Shown in pieces: positions 9,952 to 11,762 of a stretch of 11,762 bases of DNA. Both the position numbers and the translations under genes were made by a program. The notes under the pieces were generated by a model. The model saw only the letters and a list, made by a program, of their open reading frames with translations. It had not been told where the DNA came from and searched no databases. Every line of letters begins with the position of its first letter. The first letter of the stretch is position 1. The stretch is from Selaginella moellendorffii (Eukaryota > Plantae > Lycopodiophyta), in assembly GCF_000143415.4 (NCBI RefSeq), contig NW_003314394.1, positions 103,867 to 115,628 of the forward strand. The letters are read 5' to 3'.

Positions 9952-10179
9952 TCGAGTTTGAGATAGAGTCCAAGACCGACTCTAAGACCGAGTTTGAGAT
10001 AGAGTCCGGGATCGAGTTCGAGGCCGACTCCAAGACCGAGTTTGAGACCGAGTTTGAGACGGAGTCCAAGATCCGAGTTGGGTCTGAGACCGAGTCTGAG
10101 GTCAAGTCCGGGGTCGAGTCTGAGATTGGGTCTGAGGTCGGGTCCGAGATCGAGATCGAGTTCAAGACCGAGTCTGAGT
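9952..10179. repeat. Degenerate hexamer tandem array (YCGAGW)n, 38 units, with 12-bp higher-order pattern
   Basis: TCGAGT TTGAGA TAGAGT CCAAGA CCGACT CTAAGA CCGAGT TTGAGA ... TCGAGA TCGAGT TCAAGA CCGAGT CTGAGT; 228 bp kept in 6-nt register. Confidence 0.92.
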
Positions 10180-10550
10180 ATTAATATAGGTTGAGGGGTG
10201 AAAGCCCAAAGCGTGTGTTTCCCAGGGGGAGGGGAGCTGTAGAGGGGTTCCAAAAGTATAGTAGGGATAGTGAGGTCTAGGAACCAGTCTTGAAGGAACT
10301 CTCCAGTGGTGCTTTCAAACTAACTTGAGGTTGAGACTGGGGTTGAGGGGCATTGGGTGGGAGTGAGCATGGACTTGGGTGGTGCTGGAGGGGCCACCCA
10401 AGGAAGTGCTTGAGAGCAGCTCCCACTCTTGGAAAGGGAACCAACTGCGATGCTCCCGACTCATGGGGAGTGGTGCCTCACTTGAGTACCTTGGGGCTCA
10501 TTGGTCCTTACCCTTCCTAGGGGCTTGGGCCTTCCCTTTGGGATGAAATT

Positions 10551-10566
10551 GGGGGGGGGGGGGGGG
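10551..10566 (+). repeat. G16 homopolymer
   Basis: 16 consecutive G within a G-tract-rich plus strand. Confidence 0.95.
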
Positions 10567-10950
10567 TAGAGGTACCCATACTGGGCTGTTAGGTCATGGT
10601 GTTTCCCCTTGGTGTCCCGAAGCAAGTGTTGCACCCAAGGCTTGGGATTTAGAGGGTCCTATGATCAAGCCTTGTTGTACCAAGGGATGTTAGGAACTTG
10701 GAGGGTTGGTGTGCTTGGCTGCTTGTGCCTGTGGGGAGTGTGGCCAAACCTTGAGTCTAGTCTAACCCGGAGAGGGAGATTGGGAGAGATTTGGGAATCC
10801 ATGGATGGATAGTTAATGCCCCATTGCTCATGCAGTGAGTAGCTGAAACCAAGTAGAACCAAATAGGAGCTGGTACAATAGGCGGGAACCTTGGTGAGGG
10901 AACTTAGCAAAGGCCAAAGCGGGGGGCTGAGTAGTTTTTGAGCTGAGATC

Positions 10951-10987
10951 AAGTCAATGAAAGTCAACAAAAGTCAAAGGAAGTCAA
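10951..10987 (-). promoter_or_regulatory. Four W-box-like motifs (TTGACT on minus strand) at exact 10-bp spacing
   Basis: AAGTCAA starts at 10951, 10961, 10971 and 10981. TTGACY is the WRKY binding consensus. The repeat is certain; the function is inferred. Confidence 0.5.
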
Positions 10988-11591
10988 TACAATCCCCTAA
11001 CTAGCGAAAGTTTAATGGCACTACCTTAGTTCGTCCCGAACCAAGAATTTTTAACATAAAATCTAGGTGTTTAAGGTATTCCATAAGCTCATGTAGATTA
11101 TTGGTTCGACATGATATTAAAATCAGAATATATTCAATCTTCTTCTGCTTCCATATCCAAAAAAGTAGAAATGGGTATAGTGGAATGCTCCTTCACTATA
11201 GGCTCGTGTTGTATGTAATGTTGTGCCATACGTTCAGCATAAATAGGTAAGTGGAATTGACTTCGGTCCATATGATCATCCATATCATCAAGATCAAGCG
11301 TGTAGACTGAAACACTGTGTGTGATAAGTGTAGACCTAATAAAATAGAAACATTTGAGAATAAATATTATAGATTATTTCAAGCACTAACATCACCTGTC
11401 GCAAAATCTCCTAAGAATGTCCTCAAAGGCACCCTCCTTCTCAAGTGCAAAAACCACTCGGCCTGTCTCTTTTGCTGCCTGCACCATTGATCTAAAGTAT
11501 GGTGGTGGACACAAAAGGCACTAGCAGGTAGACGCGAAAGGTGTGTGACTTCTTTATTTATAAATTAGCTCTATTCTATTTTTTTTTCCAG

Positions 11592-11762
11592 ATTTATTCC
11601 TGGAACTACCATGCTCTATGCCACATTGGGAACTGGCGTAATGCCACACGAGCTGATGAGCGTGCTGCTCTTGCTTTACCAGGATATGACAGCTCTATAG
11701 ACATCATCCCAAATGTGATTGACTCAGACATTCTTCACCCAGCGTTCCCTAGTTATCGACAT
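11592..11762 (+). CDS. Possible exon of a host gene or pseudogene, product uncertain (weak GT4 glycosyltransferase-like motif)
   Basis: Strong acceptor (T-run then CCAG ending at 11591) followed by 57 stop-free codons to the window edge: IYSWNYHALCHIGNWRNATRADERAALALPGYDSSIDIIPNVIDSDILHPAFPSYRH. The other two plus-strand frames close. Confidence 0.35.
   Translation, partial: MYSWNYHALCHIGNWRNATRADERAALALPGYDSSIDIIPNVIDSDILHPAFPSYRH

Larger units (their letters stand above)
8995..11025. mobile_element. Candidate solo LTR or non-coding retroelement segment (element 3), about 2.03 kb
   Basis: Begins where RNase H homology stops. Ends TATAGTG and CACTACC are each one base from a TGTAGTG...CACTACA terminal pair. 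Non-coding with internal tandem arrays. No target-site duplication (GGCTC vs TTAGT). Confidence 0.35.

Noticed and set aside
9952-10179. CRISPR-like array
   Set aside because: Contiguous degenerate hexamers with no unique spacers and no cas genes, in a eukaryotic TE context.
9899-10253. Ser/Asp/Pro-rich and Leu-alternating ORFs on the minus strand
   Set aside because: Direct consequence of the 6-nt periodic array; no protein features outside the repeat.
10609-10970. ORFs 10609-10812(+) and 10665-10970(-)
   Set aside because: Non-ATG starts in GC-rich repeat DNA with no recognisable domains.
11019-11200. CACTA transposon ends (CACTA at 11019, TAGTG at 11178) and the TATAGTG/CACTATA hairpin at 11176-11200
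   Set aside because: No extended TIR, no 3-bp TSD (TGG vs GAA) and no subterminal repeats. Matches this short can arise by chance.

Overview
Plant-type heterochromatic DNA made almost entirely of dead, nested Ty3/gypsy LTR retrotransposons. (1) 1-~5350 (+): a stop- and frameshift-riddled gag-pol of a non-chromovirus gypsy element (capsid, two CCHC knuckles, N/Q/Y/R-rich tract, DGG protease, RT, RNase H, HHCC/DD35E/GPF integrase), followed by a possible 3' LTR to ~6398. (2) ~6399-8990: an older chromovirus-type (Reina-like) gypsy relic whose pol is scrambled into RT-start(+), INT-core(+), RT-middle(-), INT-N-term(-), RNase H(-). Two of its junctions appear exactly reciprocal, which fits excision of an internal DNA circle and inverted re-insertion about 110 bp away. 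(3) ~8995-11025: a ~2 kb non-coding LTR-like block with a 38-unit hexamer array, a G16 run and four helically phased W-box motifs. (4) >11200: possible exons of a host gene. No intact protein-coding gene, RNA gene or CRISPR array is supported. I see no evidence of a new functional gene system; the most unusual signal is the reciprocal rearrangement. All domain calls come from manual motif recognition, not database searches.
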